A stretch of DNA of 64,000 bases, taken from the NCBI RefSeq assembly GCF_016432865.1, contig NC_067403.1, positions 245,272,001 through 245,336,000 of the forward strand, read 5' to 3'. The notes beneath the pieces were generated by a model. It was not told the origin of the DNA. It searched no databases and saw nothing but the letters and a program-made list of their open reading frames with translations. This document shows positions 36,280-49,617 of this stretch, piece by piece. The DNA is from Antechinus flavipes. Taxonomy: Eukaryota. Positions within the stretch are counted from its first letter, which is position 1. Each line of letters starts with the position of its first letter. The translations under genes were made by a program, and so were the position numbers.

Positions 36280-36940
36280 ATTCATGTATGGAGCAGTTAA
36301 TCAAATCTAAAAGGAACTGCATTCTCTTCTGCCATACTTCCTAATAAAAAGAAAATTTATTTTTCCATTGCACTAAAATTGCACTACAATGAATTTGTCA
36401 AGAGATTCTATTTGAAAATACAGCACACTAGCTCAAAATTTCAGTTTTCCTTAGTTCAATTGTGACTGAAATGAAAAAAAAACTTTGTTGCTTTTTATAT
36501 AGCAACAATGATCAACAGATATTTTGAGTGCAATTTTTCTTTGCTTTCTACTACTTTCCTAGTAACATGGGGAAAAAAAAACTTTTTTCTTTAAATATAT
36601 CAATTTAAGTGTTTTGTGTATGTGTGAGAGAGAGAGCTTTAGAAAAAGACAGGAGAAAAAAGAGAAATACAGAGAAAGAGACAGAGATACAGATAGAGAC
36701 AGAGACAGAAAGAGAGATAGAGAAATATGTCCATACATGTAAGGCAGAGAAAGCATCAGTTGAAAGGGGGAGTACAAAAACAAAAAAACTGAGACAGAGA
36801 AACAAATATTAACTTATTTTCTGGAGTAAATTAAGCTATCTAAAAGCTTGTTTTTCAATTTCATAGTCCTTCAAAATAGAGCCATTAGTCATTTTAATTT
36901 TTAGCCTTATTATTCTCTTTTCAATTTAGACAAAGCTCTG

Positions 36941-37126
36941 TTTTTATTTTATTTTATTTTATATTTTATTATTATTATTTTTATTATTTTGCTGAGGCAA
37001 TTAGTGTTAAGTGACTTGCCCAGGGTCACAGAACTAGAAAGTGTTAAGTGTCTGAGACCAGATTTGAACTCAGGTCCTCCTGATATCAAGGCTAGTGCTC
37101 TATCCACTGGATGACCTAGCTACCCC
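36941..37126 (-). mobile_element. WSINE1-like SINE (paralog of 13120-13301)
   Basis: GCTGAGGCAATTAGTGTTAAGTGACTTGCCCAGGGTCACAG; same flanks as the first copy. Confidence 0.8.
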
Positions 37127-40114
37127 TATATCTTCATTTTAACAAAGCTCTTTTTCCATGTGCATTAAAATTATCTAAAATAATACTGGTATATTATCAG
37201 TCCCTTAACAGTTTATAATAATCAGAAAACAATAAGTTTAAGGAAGAAAATTTCACGTAATTAAGAAGGAAAAAGAATGAGTATAACTACATTTTTATGA
37301 TGTAAATTCAGAGAATAATACATTTATAATAAACATTAGCTATTTGTTATAATTTGTACTAGAAATGAACTCTTCTTCCAATGATGAAAGTTCACTTTTT
37401 CATAAATATTTTACTAAATCTATAAGGTAGTACAACCCAAGAGAGCTCACTACCCTTTTGGATAGTTCTTATAATTAGGAGATTCTTCCCTTATGTCAAG
37501 CTTAAATTTCCTTCTAACATTTCCTTATTCATTTTGTTCTTTAGGTTTAAGTCAAATACTTCTAATACCCCTCCCTTCCATGAGACCTTCACATTCATGA
37601 AGACAACTATCACTGGTACTTTCTGTCTACTCCATTGTCACTACATGCAATTTCTTAATTCAAAACTTAAATCATATTCTGGATCCCTAAATTTACCCAT
37701 TCACTTTCTTTAGCATATTTAATAACTAATCAGATGTTCTTCCCAAAAAAGACAAGCAGAATAGAACCTCACTTTTCATGACTGATCTAACAGAATTTAC
37801 CTGTATTCAAGCTTTCTAATTCTGATTTTTATGGCACCTTTTGTGCAGTCAGTTATTTCAACTGCTTTTATTGTCATGAGATTACTTTATTGTCAAGACA
37901 ATTCAGATATTTCTCTATCTCATTTCCTAAACTAATTCTTCATGTAATGTCAATATCAAAACAAAACAAAACTAAAATAAAATAAAACAAAACCTCAACA
38001 ATATTGTACCTTAACAGTAACAAAAGCTTTCTGAAATTCAACCATAAGTTTTTCATTGTGCCCTATGTAAATTGCATTTGGTTTATTCACAGTGGCCAGA
38101 GCATTGAGACTGGAGTCAGATAGTCTCATCATTCTGAGTTCAAATCTGGCCTCAAATCCTTACCAGCTAGACAAGACCCAGAACCCTGTTTGTCTCACTT
38201 TCTCCATTTGGTAAAGGGAATGAAAAATGACCATGATATCTCCTCCAAGAACATTTCAAATGAAGTCTCAAAGAGTCGCTATGACTAAAATGACTGAAAG
38301 ACAGTTGCTGTTCTCTGATCTCTCCACTGAGAGGCAGTTGCATTGTCTGATCTCTCTCCTCTTCCTTCTATATCCAATTTATTTCATTCCCAGTCCACAA
38401 GGAACATCTGCATTAGTAAAGGCTGCTTTGTAACTCCTTAAAGTTTATGATTCATAGCTAATGAGGTTCTCGGAGAATTGACCTGCCCCTTCACCTAGAC
38501 ATGGTCCTTAACAATTCCCTGTTTTTTGTTTTATGGAAATGTGATTATTTTCCTCCCACAGCATGGTCAATAAGTTTATGCATTAACTTTTATCTCAAGC
38601 CACATGCTAAGGTATCTGAGTCCACATGCTAGAGAGTACAAACAGCACTATAGCAGGTATTGAAGCATGTGAGATATCATGGAGGCAAACTTTCAAATGG
38701 AGAAGAGAACTATGGTCAGAACAGGCATTTTTCATAAGTCCTTCATCAATATATTATTATATATAGTATACTAATTCTACTTCTTAGATCATGTTTGCCT
38801 AGCCAACTACTGTGAATAGCTGTGTCATTTATTGAAGGAGAAGGAGAATGACTACGGACATAATATATTACAAGACCCTATTTTTAGGTAAACCAAGAGG
38901 CAAAAAGAAGGGAAACAAATTGCCCAGTGTCAAAAAGATGGGGAAGGGGAGCTGGGATTACTACCCTTGTCATCATGTCCATAATCCATCATTCATTACA
39001 CTGCTCTGCTCTATAATGCAATAGGAGTGAACTGGTATATCATCCTCAGATTTGGGGTGCAAAGCATGTTGTGTGATGAACTTACCAAATTCTATAATTT
39101 TCAGTGAGCTGATATAGAGAAGAAAATTTGGTTAAAATATCAGGAGTATTTCACTTTTCTAAATAAACTAAATAATTGAGTGATTATCATTTATGATGAT
39201 AACTACGGTGGCTAAAAAACTCGCTCCTTTCTAATTATAATTCTCAAAAGATGCATGAATGAAAGGAATGTAAAATAGCATTTTACAGATAGAAAAATTC
39301 AGCTTGAGAGATGGATTGGGATTTGCAATAGTTAAATAAATTACAAATTCTGAAGGAAGGATGAAACATAGCTTCATGACTCAAAATCCCAGATTTTTTA
39401 AAATGTAATACCCCTTCATTAGAGGGTGTTCAGGTTACTGGACTTTATTTGAGCCAGAATGCCTTCCATCTCATTAAAATGTAATAAGTAGCAGGGGAGA
39501 GGTGGTGTCCCCACAGAGCTAATAAAGGTAGAAACCATTTTATTTATAAAGGACAAAGTGACTGATAAAAGGGTCATTTTAAGTAGGGAATATGATCATT
39601 TTTGTAGGGCATACCTTTAATATGACATATTATAATTTTACAATTGTGAGATATTGTTATTCTTATGTGATAAATAGCTTAGTAAAGTACTGAACCAGCA
39701 GTAAAAAGGATACTGGATTCAAATGCTCACTCTCAAAATCATTGTAACTTTTTGAGCAAGTCACTCAGATTGTTTGAATCCCAGTCTTCTAATCTGTAAT
39801 ATATAAATACCTGCAGTACAGCCATTGAGTTCTGATGTGAGGGTTGGATAAAATAGCATCTGTTAACATCTTTGTAAGCATTAAAGAAATTAAAGGATGC
39901 CATTTATATGCTTATGTTATTTTACTATATTCTTCAGAGAAATAAGCAGCTGGATAAAACTAATTTCATCTAAGAAAGGTGCATGTGAGCTCTTTTGCTG
40001 CCAATCCTTGAGCTTCTCTTACTTGAAATAAATTTATGGTTTGAACTCTCATTAATCCATGAGTTCCCTGACAGGTCTGAATTTTATGATCCCTGTCAAG
40101 GATAGAGATTAAGT

Positions 40115-41121
40115 TCAGGAAAAAGATATGAATAGACAATTTTCAGATGAAGAAAGTCATATGAAAAGATGCTCCAAGTCATTATTAATCAGAGAAATAC
40201 AAATTAAGACAACTCTGAGATAGCACTACACACCTGTCAGATTGGCTAGAATGACAGGGAAAGATAATGAGGAATGTTGGCGAGATTGTGGGAAAACTGA
40301 TACATTGTTGGTGGAATTGTGAATACATCCAACCATTCTGGAGAGCAATTTGAAACTATGCTCAAAAAGTTATCAAACTGTGCATATCCTTTGATCCAGC
40401 AGTGTTACTGCTTATATCCCAAAGAGATCTTAAAAAGAAGAGAAAGGGACCTGTATGTGCAAGAATGTTTGTGGCAGCCCTCTTGGTAGGGCTAGAAACT
40501 GGAAAGTGGAAACTGAGTAGATGCCATCAACTGAAGAATGGTTGAATAAGTTATGGTATATGACTATTATGGAATATTATTGTTCAGTAAGAAATGACCA
40601 GGAGGATGATTTCAGAAAGGCCTGGAGAGACTTACATGAACTGATGCTGAGTGAAATGAACAGGACCAGGAGATCATTATATACTTCAACAACAGTACTA
40701 TATGATGATCAATTCTGATGGACATGGCCCTCTTCAAAAATGAGATGAATCAAATCAGTTGCAATAGAGCAGTAATGAACTGAACCAGATACACCCAGCG
40801 AAAGAACTCTGGGAGATGACTATGAACCATTACATAGAATTCCCAATCCCTCTATTTTCGTCTGCCTACATTTTTTATTTCCTTCACAGGCTAATAGTAT
40901 GCTATTTCAAAGTCTGATTCTTTCTGTACAGCAAAACAACTGTTAAGACATGCATACTTATATTGTAGTTAATTTATACTTTAACATATTTAACATGTAT
41001 TGGTCATCTTGGGGAGGGAATGGGGAGAACAAGGAGAAAAAGTGGAACAAAAGGTTGGCAATTGTCAATGCTGTAAAATTATCCATACATATAACTTGTA
41101 AATAAAAAGCTATTAAAAAAA
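40115..41121 (+). mobile_element. 5'-truncated LINE-1 (ORF2 end, 3'UTR, poly-A)
   Basis: MPSTEEWLNKLWYM...RNDQEDDFRKAW L1 ORF2 C-terminal remnant; AATAAAAAGCTATTAAAAAAA tail; no TSD found. Confidence 0.88.
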
Positions 41122-41699
41122 TTATGGAATTTATTTGTTCTGATCTCCATCTTTGAGGCATATAGGGGAACATAGTAGAGAGATAGCCTATTAACGTCAT
41201 TGAAGTATGAAATAGTAGAGTTGAAATTTAAGACCATATTTTCTGATTCGTAATCATATGGTCTTAGCACTTCCGTTCTGTCTCCAACCACTGTGAGTGC
41301 ACTAGCATACCTTCCCAAAATCTAGAATAATTATGTCAAATGTTTCATTAAGCAATGGGATGCTACAGAGGAGACAATTTGGTCCTTGATATTAAAAACA
41401 ACATTATTCTAAATCTTTTCATTGAAAAATTGAGGAGAATAAGTCATGAGTTATTCCTTCAATTATGATAATGAATGATTAAAAACTCTATTACTCCAAA
41501 ATTCTTTTTTTTTTATTCCAATGCTATGAAGCAGGAAGTGAAAATAACTTGTTTTTTCTTTCCATTTTACAAGTGAGGGAAATTAATATGAATAGAAATG
41601 TGGCCTTACAATAAAAAAAGATATTTAGTTATCATCATATTTGAAGTCTCAAAATAGTTGCTTTTCTCAAGACTTAAGAGTTTTCCCTATATAACCTTG

Positions 41700-41800
41700 C
41701 CTCATTACAGTTGTTTAGATGATTGAACTTTGAGCCAGAAGACCATTTCTCTCATTAAAAAATGAAATATGGCTTGGGAGAGCTGGGATCCCCAGAGAGC
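41700..41800 (+). promoter_or_regulatory. Putative OR promoter block for gene C
   Basis: CTCATTA at 41701 and CTCATTAAAA at 41751; TCCCCAGAGA 41789-41798 (one mismatch to TCCCnnGGGA); donor AAG|GTAAGT at 42227. Confidence 0.55.
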
Positions 41801-43823
41801 TGGCAAGACTCTTCAACTAAAGAGGAGTGCTCAATGATTTCATCTAAAATTGACTTTAACAAGGTAATTTGGTCCCTCTCACAGAATTTGTTTGTTCTTA
41901 CTTGTGTATTTTAATATTTAAGGGAAAATGATCATGGACTCATAGAAAGGGCATTGAACTTGCAGACATGGGAACCTCAAATTCAATTCTTCTCTTTAGC
42001 ACCAAACACCTGTGAAATTTGGCAGATTATTCTGGTAGAGTGTTACTCTTCTCTGTAAAATCAGAATAGCTGTGGTTCCTACATTATAATATTGATGCAA
42101 TAACTTATATAAAAAGTTTTGAAACATTAAAGTAATTTATGGATGTATGTTATTAAATACCTCTATTATCTTCCTCATTATTCAAGAAGCAAGGAGTGAA
42201 ATATATTTTAATTCTAACTAAGAAAGGTAAGTTTGAGCACTTTTGCTACCTCATCTCCAGTTTCTTTAACCTGAAGAGGATTGTTATCTATGATTCTTGT
42301 GATAATTTTGAATTTTATGATTCTAATTAGTAACAAAGATTCAAGAAAGAGATTATTCAGGGAATAAAACATTCTGTTTACAGAATATCCTTTGATACTT
42401 CTGCCAGCCAAGATATGTGTGTTTGGACTTCATCACTAGTCACTTAAGTTGCCAACCTCTCAAAAAAACTAGCTTGATATTGTTTCAATTTTGTATTTTT
42501 TTACCTTTTCTCTTTTATAACACATTTCCCAGGAAAAAAAATTCCATTCACATAATTTCCTTTATGAAGATCAAAAACTGTTAAGCAAATGCAAGCATCT
42601 GGGCAAAAAAACAAACAAAAAACAAAAAACAAACAAAAAAAAAAACAATAACTAATTAAACATTTCACAATAAAATTCCCTTCAACATACTCTGATTACA
42701 AGAGAAAAATAAGCTTTATAATTTGTTCTGTTGGACAAAGACTTTTGAGTATAATTACTCCTAGCTCCTGTTATTTACCCCACCACCACCACCAATTACA
42801 TTATGGTAAATCTTGTGGATATTAATGTCCTGGTTGTGCTTTCTTTGCTATATCTCACTTGACTAAGAAAAAAAAAATCTTCCCAAATCTCTTCAGTTGC
42901 TCATATTTTCATTTTGCCATAAGATAATATGTAGGCAAAATCCTGAACCAACAAAAATATTTATTTCCTGTTGATTATCTATTCTTTCAGTTTTTTTCAG
43001 CTACAGTCAATATAAATAATTTTTGAATATTTGATTTTCTTTTTCTTTTTCTTGTAACTATTCTCTTTTCAGAATATTCCATAGTAATCAGATCCACAGA
43101 GTCAAAGTATGTAAGCATTTATTAGTTCAACTTCCATAATTCCAAATTGTTTTCTAGAATACTTAGATTAGTGGAGCTATGCCACAATAAAGTGTTATGA
43201 TTCTTATCCCACTAAAGCTCTATAAATGACTTTCTAAATTTTTTAACCAATGAAATTTACAGGTATTAGGTAAAAAGAAAATTTTATTCATCTTTATTTT
43301 TATTAATGTTAGTGATTTTTTATGATTATTAAAAAAATTATAATTTTCTTTTTTATATTAATGAACATATTAACTTTTGGATGACATATATTAAACCCCC
43401 TAATTTTTCAAACATCTCTATCTAAAATCAGACTTTTTAATCAAAAATATAGTACATGAATAGTAGTTTTTTGTTCATTGTTTTTGCACTGAATTTCCTT
43501 TTGTATTTTAAATATGAAATTCAGATTATTTATTATATGTTTTATCCTCTTTTCTATCATCATTTATGAAGAGATATTAAATATGATAGGGGTAGGAGTG
43601 ATGGCTTCAGTCAAGCAAATCTAAATGCAATTCCTATTCAAATTCTTGCAGAGCATGTAAATATTGGCAAGTTAATCAACTTAATTTACTTAGATTAATA
43701 CCAGTTACCTGAAAAAGCTTTTACATTTAGATGACAATGATGGAGTATTTTAAATCCCTGGCAAGTAAGAAAGAAAACGATTGATTGGTTGTGAATTCAT
43801 TGTTTCTGCAGGCAGAAGACTCA

Positions 43824-44747
43824 ATGACAGGAGATAATTTCACAGTTGTGGGGGAATTCATTCTCCTGGGATTTTCTGATCTTCCCAACCTCCAAGGGTT
43901 TCTCTTTGGCATTTTCTCTGTCATCTACCTATGTATATTGATAGGAAATGGCCTCCTCGTTGTCATAATCAAGATTGAGCCAAGTCTCCAAACACCAATG
44001 TATTTTTTCCTAGGGAACTTTTCCTTCTTGGAAATCTGTTACACAGCAGTCACTATACCCAGAATGCTGGTAGATCTTTGGACTCAGAAGAGCACTATTT
44101 CTTTCCTACACTGTGCTTTACAAACTTGTTTCCTCTATATTCTGGGAGTGGCAGAGTGCTTGCTCTTGGCAGTGATGGCATATGACCGTTATGTGGCCAT
44201 CTGTAAGCCTCTCTACTATCCTCTCATCATGAACCGTAGGGTATGTATCCAACTGGTTGTGATGGCCTGGATGATTGCGGTTCCAGTACTGATAGGGGAG
44301 ACATACCTAATTTTCTGTCTCAATTTTTGTGGTCCTAAAAAAATTAATCATGTTTTTTGTGAGGCTCCACCATTACTGGAGTTGGCCTGTGGGGACACAT
44401 ATAAGGCAGAGGTCTCTGTCCAACTTGTTGCATTGCTATTTATCATAACTCCCTTTCTGTTGATACTCACATCCTATGTCAAAATCATAATTACTATCCT
44501 GAGGCTGTCTTCAACCTCAGGGAGATCTAAAGCCTTTTCCACCTGCTCATCACACCTCATGATTGTGTGCTTATTCTATGGGTCTGGTAGTATTGTGTAT
44601 TTGAGGCCAAAATCCCATCACTCTACAGGCTCAGTCAAAGTGTTTGCTCTTTTCTATACCACTGTGACCCCAGTATTCAACCCTTTGATATATAGCCTCA
44701 GAAATAAGGATGTCATTGTTGCTTTGAGAAAACTGTTTCCTAAGTGA
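43824..44747 (+). CDS. OR10AG1-like: Olfactory receptor, OR10AG1-like (copy C), 307 aa, intact
   Basis: True ATG at 43824, 12 nt after acceptor TTTCTGCAG|G (43810-43811); MAYDRYVAIC, KAFSTCSSHL, NPLIYSLRNKDV. Confidence 0.95.
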   Translation: MTGDNFTVVGEFILLGFSDLPNLQGFLFGIFSVIYLCILIGNGLLVVIIKIEPSLQTPMYFFLGNFSFLEICYTAVTIPRMLVDLWTQKSTISFLHCALQTCFLYILGVAECLLLAVMAYDRYVAICKPLYYPLIMNRRVCIQLVVMAWMIAVPVLIGETYLIFCLNFCGPKKINHVFCEAPPLLELACGDTYKAEVSVQLVALLFIITPFLLILTSYVKIIITILRLSSTSGRSKAFSTCSSHLMIVCLFYGSGSIVYLRPKSHHSTGSVKVFALFYTTVTPVFNPLIYSLRNKDVIVALRKLFPK

Positions 44748-45599
44748 ATCAGGTCATTGAGTCATAAATAAAATATATGAAATTTGAATTTATTGAATTT
44801 TATTTATATGAATTAGAATATAATAATATTATATTATTAATATAATGAATATATTATTTTCTTCCACAGTTCATGCAAAAATACACATCTGCTTGTTTTT
44901 ACATTTCAATGAATATGTACATAAATTAGAGATAATCAAAACATTATATTTGAAAATACAGAAAATATTAGCCTAAAATTTCTACTATTTTGTTAGATTA
45001 TGAAAGGGCTTAACAAATTGTTGACTTAAATGGTTTCAAATATCAGCAGATACCTTGAGTGCAATCACTTTTGCAATTTTTTCTAGTATTGTCCTAACAT
45101 CATGTGAACTTATACCTTTTTTTAAAGAAAAAGAGAGAGAAAGAGAAACAGAGACAGAGACAGAGAGACAGAGAAAGAGAAGGACAGAGAGAGGAGACTG
45201 TAGTGTTCATGAATTTGAAAGTCTGTCATATGAGGGAGAGAGGGTAATAGAATCACTACAAATCCATCTATAAGCCTCTCTCCCTCATTTAAAAGACTTT
45301 AAAAATCATAGAAATTATGATCATTCATGCTTTCGGTCTCTATTTTAACCAACCCAGCTTCTAAAATTTCTAATTCTGAATTGTGTGGCAAATTTTATGC
45401 AGTTAAATCTTTCAATAGTCTCTTGACACAACATTTCCCTATTAACATTGAATTTGCAGAAAACAAAATTAGTAAGATATTTCTCTCATTTTATTTAACT
45501 AACCTATTCAATTACATATTAATAAGAACACCAAGATTGTATATTTTTTTTAAATCAAAGCACAAGAAATGTATACCTAACATTTTGTTATTGGCTCAA

Positions 45600-46176
45600 N
45601 NNNNNNNNNNNNNNNNNNNNNNNNNNNNNNNNNNNNNNNNNNNNNNNNNNNNNNNNNNNNNNNNNNNNNNNNNNNNNNNNNNNNNNNNNNNNNNNNNNNN
45701 NNNNNNNNNNNNNNNNNNNNNNNNNNNNNNNNNNNNNNNNNNNNNNNNNNNNNNNNNNNNNNNNNNNNNNNNNNNNNNNNNNNNNNNNNNNNNNNNNNNN
45801 NNNNNNNNNNNNNNNNNNNNNNNNNNNNNNNNNNNNNNNNNNNNNNNNNNNNNNNNNNNNNNNNNNNNNNNNNNNNNNNNNNNNNNNNNNNNNNNNNNNN
45901 NNNNNNNNNNNNNNNNNNNNNNNNNNNNNNNNNNNNNNNNNNNNNNNNNNNNNNNNNNNNNNNNNNNNNNNNNNNNNNNNNNNNNNNNNNNNNNNNNNNN
46001 NNNNNNNNNNNNNNNNNNNNNNNNNNNNNNNNNNNNNNNNNNNNNNNNNNNNNNNNNNNNNNNNNNNNNNNNNNNNNNNNNNNNNNNNNNNNNNNNNNNN
46101 NNNNNNNNNNNNNNNNNNNNNNNNNNNNNNNNNNNNNNNNNNNNNNNNNNNNNNNNNNNNNNNNNNNNNNNNNNNN
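45600..46176. other. Assembly gap (N run); further gaps at 46961-47172, 55270-55400 and 57753-57884
   Basis: Runs of N. Confidence 0.99.
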
Positions 46177-46399
46177 ATTCATTACTTTTTAAAATTGAAT
46201 TTAATAGCCTCTCATTTTTAATCAAAAGGTAAGGTGATCTGACTGCTCCAGCATATGAATTCCTCTTTCTAGCTTTGTGTCAATGAAAAATGTAACCAGA
46301 ATAAATACAATTTCTGCTTTCATTTCTGCTCCAGAAGGTTGATTCAAATTAAAGAGAAGATAGTAATATAAGTTCATTTTATTTATAATGCATATCTAT

Positions 46400-47905
46400 C
46401 TATTTATCTATCTACCATCTGTTTGCCTATCTCCAAATATGTGCATGCATGTATATGTATTAAGAAGTAGAGAAAAATATAAATGTGCTATAATAAAATA
46501 AGGAATCTGGAAGATTTTTTAAATTTTATGTCCTATCAATCTCATATCAGGAGAGTATGTGGAGTTGAGATTATTTTATGTTTTTAGATCAAAAATATGC
46601 AACATATAAAACAATGATATGAAATCTAATTATATATGTAAATGTGTATGACTACAATTCACTTATACATATCCCATATGTATATGTGTGTATATAGCAC
46701 AGACATGTATACCTTAAAAAATATACATGGAGAGTTTAGAGGCAGCCACAGTGGTCCAGTAGATAGAAAGCCATGCTTGGAATGAGATAACTCATCTTTT
46801 GTAGTTCAAATCCAGCCTCAGACATTTACTAACTCTGTGACTCTAAGTAAATCTTTAACTCAATTTTTCAATTTCTTTATAATGAGAACTAGAAAAGGAA
46901 TATCAAACACTTCAGCGTCTTTACCAAGAAAATTCAAGGTAGTGGAGAATTAATTTGAACNNNNNNNNNNNNNNNNNNNNNNNNNNNNNNNNNNNNNNNN
47001 NNNNNNNNNNNNNNNNNNNNNNNNNNNNNNNNNNNNNNNNNNNNNNNNNNNNNNNNNNNNNNNNNNNNNNNNNNNNNNNNNNNNNNNNNNNNNNNNNNNN
47101 NNNNNNNNNNNNNNNNNNNNNNNNNNNNNNNNNNNNNNNNNNNNNNNNNNNNNNNNNNNNNNNNNNNNNNNNGTTTTCTCTAAAATATTTAGCCATATGA
47201 ATATATATACATTCATATATGTGTTTATGTTTATATAATATATGATACATATATAGATATACCTATATATAGTATACATATACATGCATTCAGATAGGTT
47301 GGTTGGTAGGTAGATGGTAGATACTGTTGTTCCATTATTCAATTGTTGTGGACTCTTTGTAACCCCATGGATTTGAGGATTTCTTGGAAAGGATTTCTCC
47401 TGTGTGTATACATATTTGGACCTAAGTCAAATAATGTGTATGTGATTTACCCAGGAAAATAGAATTAGTAAGTGACTGAGATCAAATATGAATTCAGATC
47501 ATCCATTTCTGGACTTGGCACACAATTCACTATATCACATAGCTGACAAAAATAGATATATGCAGGGCACATGTGTGTATACTCACATATGCAATTATAT
47601 ACATATGCATGTGTGTCAACATAAATGCATATTATAGATGCATATATACTGCATATATATTTTACACTGATATTTATGGTTATGTTTGAGTAATTATAAA
47701 TAATATAAATTGCACATATATTCATATATAGTATATACCTTGTGTTACCTGTATAGTATATTACATATATAGTACATTTTATATATTATTTAACATATAA
47801 TGTGAGAATATAAAAATGGAAATGCATTTAAGTATATATATACATACATATACGAATAAACTATATGTAACACAATACACAGTTAATTTATATCTGGATG
47901 GATAA

Positions 47906-47948
<43 letters not shown>

Positions 47949-48340
47949 GATAGATAGATATACATATATGTATATCTATCTATCTATCTATACTTAATAT
48001 AATAATTAATACACTTAATCCTGTCTACCTCTGTTTTCTCTTCTGTAAAATGAGTTGGAGAAGGAAATGGCAAAGCAATCCAGAATCTCTGCCAAGAAAA
48101 CCCCAAACAGGATTATAAAGAGTTGGATACAACTAAAATGAATAACTGACAAAAGGGTAGCTAAGCCTTATTTTCATGAGAATCTAGGTTGAAATATTGT
48201 ATCTGACTGTCACAATATATGTGAAAAGTGTCATGTTTATTAAGATATTTTCTTCTTATATATAAAGTATATGTATATATATATACACATATATATGTAT
48301 ATATATACACATTTTTTCGCATATTACTTACAATATTACT
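46400..48340. repeat. AT-rich low-complexity region with (TA)n/(CA)n/(GATA)n microsatellites and MAR1-like SINE pieces (~46740-46930, ~48030-48150)
   Basis: Direct inspection. Confidence 0.65.
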
Positions 48341-48739
48341 GCTGATATGAAAATAACCTTCAATGAAAAGTTATATCATTGCTTTATAAATTTTTTTTAA
48401 AACCTACAAAAATATTAGCTGTTATTAAGATCTGTTCTGAACTCATAGATATAAACTATACTTCTTTTTTTTCCCTTGTCCTCAATAATCCCCAAAATCT
48501 CCACCCCATAAGCAATATTTTTGCTTAGGTAGTAGAGTTTGAATAACTGGCAGTTTTGTGAGTGTCTATGACTGTAGGTGATGGACTTTTTCCTATGTTT
48601 GATCTCCCTATAGTGATTCTCAAGGAGTAATTGGCACATTGTTAGCTTTTGAAATACATTATTAAGTATAAGAAAATGTCACCTAAAACATGCCCTGCAT
48701 CTACTAATTTACTAATTACCAAAAAAAAGATTAGTTATT

Positions 48740-49338
48740 TGTTAGAGTTCAAATGTTGGAGTTTGTTCTTCTCAGGGCACAGCCGGTTTAGAGGCTTAGA
48801 GCCCTTCGGATGTCTCCAAATCCAAAGGTTCTGTCCTTCAGCCTCTGCCTCTGCCTTCTTCTGCCTCCAACAGAGATGGAAGATCTCTCTTATCTCCTTC
48901 TGGGGGGCCCAGGCACCAATTTGCCGCGGAGAGAGGGCTTCTGGCGTAGCTCCACTGAAGTCTGTCAAAAGTGTTCTCTGCAGCAGAGTCGTTTCTCTCG
49001 AGTCTAGCGCGATCAGCCAGCCAAGAGGAAAAAATGTATTCTGCCATAGATCCTTCATCGCTGGCTTTTTATCTGCCTCTTCTGAGAGAATGGGATTATG
49101 GGTTTTCTCCCATAGTGCTCTCTGGCCCAATGACTTTAAGGGAGGTGTGAACTCTCTTGAAGTTAGAAAGTGTACTTTGTGAAGCTAGCATACTTGTGGA
49201 GTCCAATGAGTAAAGGTGGGAACACAAGCCTTGTCTTGATTAGTTCTACTTAGTACCTTGTTTCAGGTTCTGGCCAAAACAACTTCTTGTAAGATTAGAT
49301 CAACTCTAATTACTTAGCAGTTAGTAAGGATTCCAACA
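48740..49338 (-). repeat. 3' LTR of the young provirus
   Basis: TG...CA; preceded on the sense strand by PPT AAAAGAAAGGGGGAGA (49354-49339). Confidence 0.97.
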
Positions 49339-49617
49339 TCTCCCCCTTTCTTTTGTTTTAAAACATAGGGGGTTTCTGAGGGGGTACACATAAATCCATC
49401 AATATGGGCCAGAACTTTGTAACAGATATACATGGTATACATAAATCCATCAATATGGGAGGCATTATACATAATTTACATGAGCACATAGCAATATAAC
49501 ACAGGCTAGTAGTAATGTAACAAATAACAAGAATCAATCTGAAAATTTACACATGTCCATAAGTCCTAGAAACAGTCCAATAGGATTCCATTGTCCATTA
49601 GTTCATGTGCCAGGAAT

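Larger units (their letters stand above)
29271..40420 (+). repeat. Segmental duplicate of ~1-16567 (two-gene A-B cassette), with ~5.3-kb and ~0.33-kb deletions
   Basis: Colinear CDSs, intergenic DNA, SINEs and the L1 insertion; high identity by eye (roughly low-to-mid 90s percent, not computed). Confidence 0.9.

Noticed and set aside
43785-43823. N-terminal extensions of OR C and C' (62731-62778) in the ORF track
   Set aside because: They use non-ATG starts and run through the polypyrimidine tract and acceptor; the homologous ATGs give 307 aa.
45327-47342. Long ORFs of 81-301 aa in the track (also 55140-55610, 57660-57954)
   Set aside because: Artefacts of N runs translated as X.
47946-47987. 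Perfect 42-bp palindrome
   Set aside because: Made of TA/GATA microsatellite units within low-complexity DNA; expected from slippage.
48649-49182. 131-177-aa ORFs on both strands of the LTR, repeated at 53810-54311; considered as an MMTV sag-like gene
   Set aside because: They mostly start at non-ATG codons. The first in-frame sense ATG sits just after the TATA-like box, upstream of the likely TSS. No recognisable domain or membrane anchor. They occur twice only because the LTRs are identical.
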